The notes under the pieces are model-generated. The model had not been told where the DNA came from. It saw nothing but the letters and a program-made list of their open reading frames with translations, and did not search any database. A DNA stretch of 64,000 nt from Bugula neritina. Its lineage: Eukaryota; Animalia; Bryozoa. The stretch covers positions 21,964,628-22,028,627 of the forward strand of contig OZ037767.1 of assembly GCA_964035545.1 (NCBI GenBank), read 5' to 3'. Shown here in pieces: positions 61,701-64,000 of the stretch. Positions within the stretch are counted from its first letter, which is position 1. Each line of letters starts with the position of its first letter. Both the position numbers and the translations under genes were made by a program.

Positions 61701-63423
61701 TTAGATCAACTTTAAAAGTCAAAGTGAAGAAAACCATATAGAGTCAAAGCCTGAGGAAAATCATAATTTAGTGGAGCTGACAGAATCCACCCCCACAATT
61801 ACAAATTTGATGCCAAGACACACAACTACAGACTTTCTAATAGATGACACTAATACAGAGCCCGTGATGAGAGGTGGACTATAGATGATATTTATAATAA
61901 TTTAAATTTGTTTTGCAATTCTTATTTCTGCCAAGCTATGAACTCATGCAACATTTATTTTAGTTTTTATTTCTTCAATGTGAGTCATCAATATTTTGAG
62001 TTACTTGTTGTGACAGATAGAGCCACTTAATTTTTTAGATAAGCTGCTATAAAAGTGCGTGAAAGTTTGTATTCATAAATTCACAATTATTCAGTAATTT
62101 TTATTAACATTAATAAAAAAGCATTTCATTTACCATTCCTAATTGATACACTCAATAGCTTAACTGTTTATTTTATATATTTATCTACAAATATTATATT
62201 GAGGACTAATAAGGTGTTTTGCTTACTAATACGCAGTGGGTAGGGTACTGTACCCGGCTAATCTGGCTCTTTGATGTTGCTTGTTAATAATTTTTGTTTG
62301 TTTTTCAGCTCGAGCTGATTCTGACAGTTGGGCTGTGATGGCCACAGGAGCAGACTCTGCATCCAATGACGACTTGGAGCTGGAATTCTCTAAGTAAGTC
62401 TGCATATGAAATAGAGTGATGAATGAATGAGTCATTAACCAATCGCGTTACATAGCGTATGGCCTGGCAGCCTTTTTAAGAGTCTTACTTTACTTTGATG
62501 TTCTACCTACTGTTTTAATTCTTAATTTCAATTTCACTAGTCAAAAGCTAGATGTTTTTTCAAATAGCATATGCATCGAACACTGGAACAGTCTATTTTT
62601 ATGCCTTTTATTCTTATATAACATCATCGCATTAAAACAAATTAAGTAAAAAAGAAGCTTTTGATTATTGTTCAGAGTTTGGTAATTGTTGTAAACTCAG
62701 CACACGTGACAATTGAGTAGCATGTACTGGTTTATGAAGCTGTGGTCTCTAGCTAATAGAAATCTGCGACTAGCTAAGTTGCATAGTAGTAGTAAGAGAC
62801 TACAGCTAGAGCTGTTCAAACTCAAAGAGGGGAAAATTTGAAAAATTGTATTTTTCTATAAAAAGAAGTTTCGTTATGCAAACATATTTTATATAGCCAT
62901 AAATATTTTCTTCAAAAAAATTTGTCTTAAAATGAAACATTTAAATGTTTGTAAAAATTTGCACTGAAATCAGTTTCTTTAAAAATTTGGTTCATGAATA
63001 ATTTGATCCTTTATAATTCGTTTCCAATTTTCAAATAAAATGTCCACTTATATATTTGCCAGACTCCGAGCTATTTAGTATACATATAATTGACATGTTA
63101 TGTCATTCAGTGGTTGACTAAAATTTAATATTATTGAGAAACTAAGTACATTCAAATCAAGATACATATCAACTACTCAACTTGAATTAAATTCTTACTT
63201 AACTTGAAGCAAGTCTTTACACTAGTTTCCCATTTATGAAACAATACTTGAGGTTTAACATATAAGCAAAGTTATCTTTCAGTCTATAGCTGCTCTTACA
63301 AGTCTATCATTATGTTGTCCATGGCTATAAAGGCAGTACATTTTTTACAGCTTTGCAAGGTCAAGAAGTACAACCAACTTGGCTGATCTTCACACATCAG
63401 TGCATTCAGCATGGGACATTTGA
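58760..63423 (+). CDS. LDLRAP1: LDL receptor adaptor protein 1 (ARH)-like PTB-domain clathrin adaptor, ~356 aa, 8 coding exons
   Basis: Exons 58760-58913, 59723-59898, 60031-60137, 60708-60822, 61310-61501, 61705-61873, 62309-62393, 63351-63423. PTB motifs YMGSTLVE, RITFSTNDRKYSKVTAFIA, MECHAFLCHRQKMAKAI. The C-terminal DDLELEFSNFARSR matches the ARH beta2-adaptin-binding motif (human DDGLDEAFSRLAQSR). Confidence 0.88.
60855..61185. repeat. Palindrome-rich ~21-bp minisatellite (cagtactagtataatactata)n in the LDLRAP1 intron after coding exon 4
   Basis: Directly visible. Confidence 0.9.
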
Positions 63424-64000
63424 AGAATGAAGTCAAATGCGTGTCGATCTCAAAGTTGGACTAGATTCCAGGCAATGGGATGCCTATTGACAGCAATGTT
63501 ACATTTAAATGAATTATAGATTTAACATATTTCAGATCAAATGAGATCATTATAATATGAATATCAATTTGATATGATGTTGAGCATTATTAAATTAGCA
63601 TACCATTATGGTATGTGGAGTTGTGTATAAAAGGTTAGTGAAATGCAAATGTGCAAATTAATACTAATACTGAAATAGTTTATGTAGTTTCATTGCAACA
63701 GATTATCAAATATGAGATGATCAATTAAATGATTACTGTCTTTTATAGTAATATAATATATTGTAGTGTTTGTCATATAACATATTACATCTTATAATAT
63801 TATGATATATTTCATATAACTACTCAATCTCTACATATGCAATGTTATAATATATTATTTTGCATATAATGTAATCAATTCTAGCCTGTATATTCTTTTC
63901 TCATGAGCAGAAACACAGGTTTTAAGTTACATACAGATGACAACTAAGGTGATTACATAACAGATATTAAGTTTTCTACAATATCAGATCTGCATTGAAA

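Overview
AT-rich, intron-rich animal genomic DNA; the domain content suggests a marine invertebrate (inference). Most short ORFs in the supplied track are single exons or microsatellite artefacts. (1) The minus strand from ~47,650 to beyond the left edge holds one very large gene. I traced ~60 phase-compatible exons by eye (~9.3 kb CDS, >3,100 aa; start codon and C-terminus not seen). Domain order: signal-like segment, DGxDNDCDGxxDE motif, pentraxin, kringle, pentraxin, kringle-like, F-type lectin/F5-8C, TSP1, LamG, an unnamed ~200-aa domain, a furin site, pentraxin, PTTTTT stalk, WSC-like domain, then at least 7 tandem [TSP1 + atypical C-type lectin] units. (2) Head-to-head on the plus strand is a complete 8-coding-exon LDLRAP1/ARH-like PTB clathrin adaptor (58,760-63,423). 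Introns of the large gene carry an ISL2EU-like DNA transposon derivative with ~880-bp inverted arms, CR1-group LINE fragments, a tRNA-derived SINE, a MITE, a 220-bp inverted repeat pair, and several minisatellites built from copied splice junctions. All exon boundaries are manual predictions without transcript evidence.
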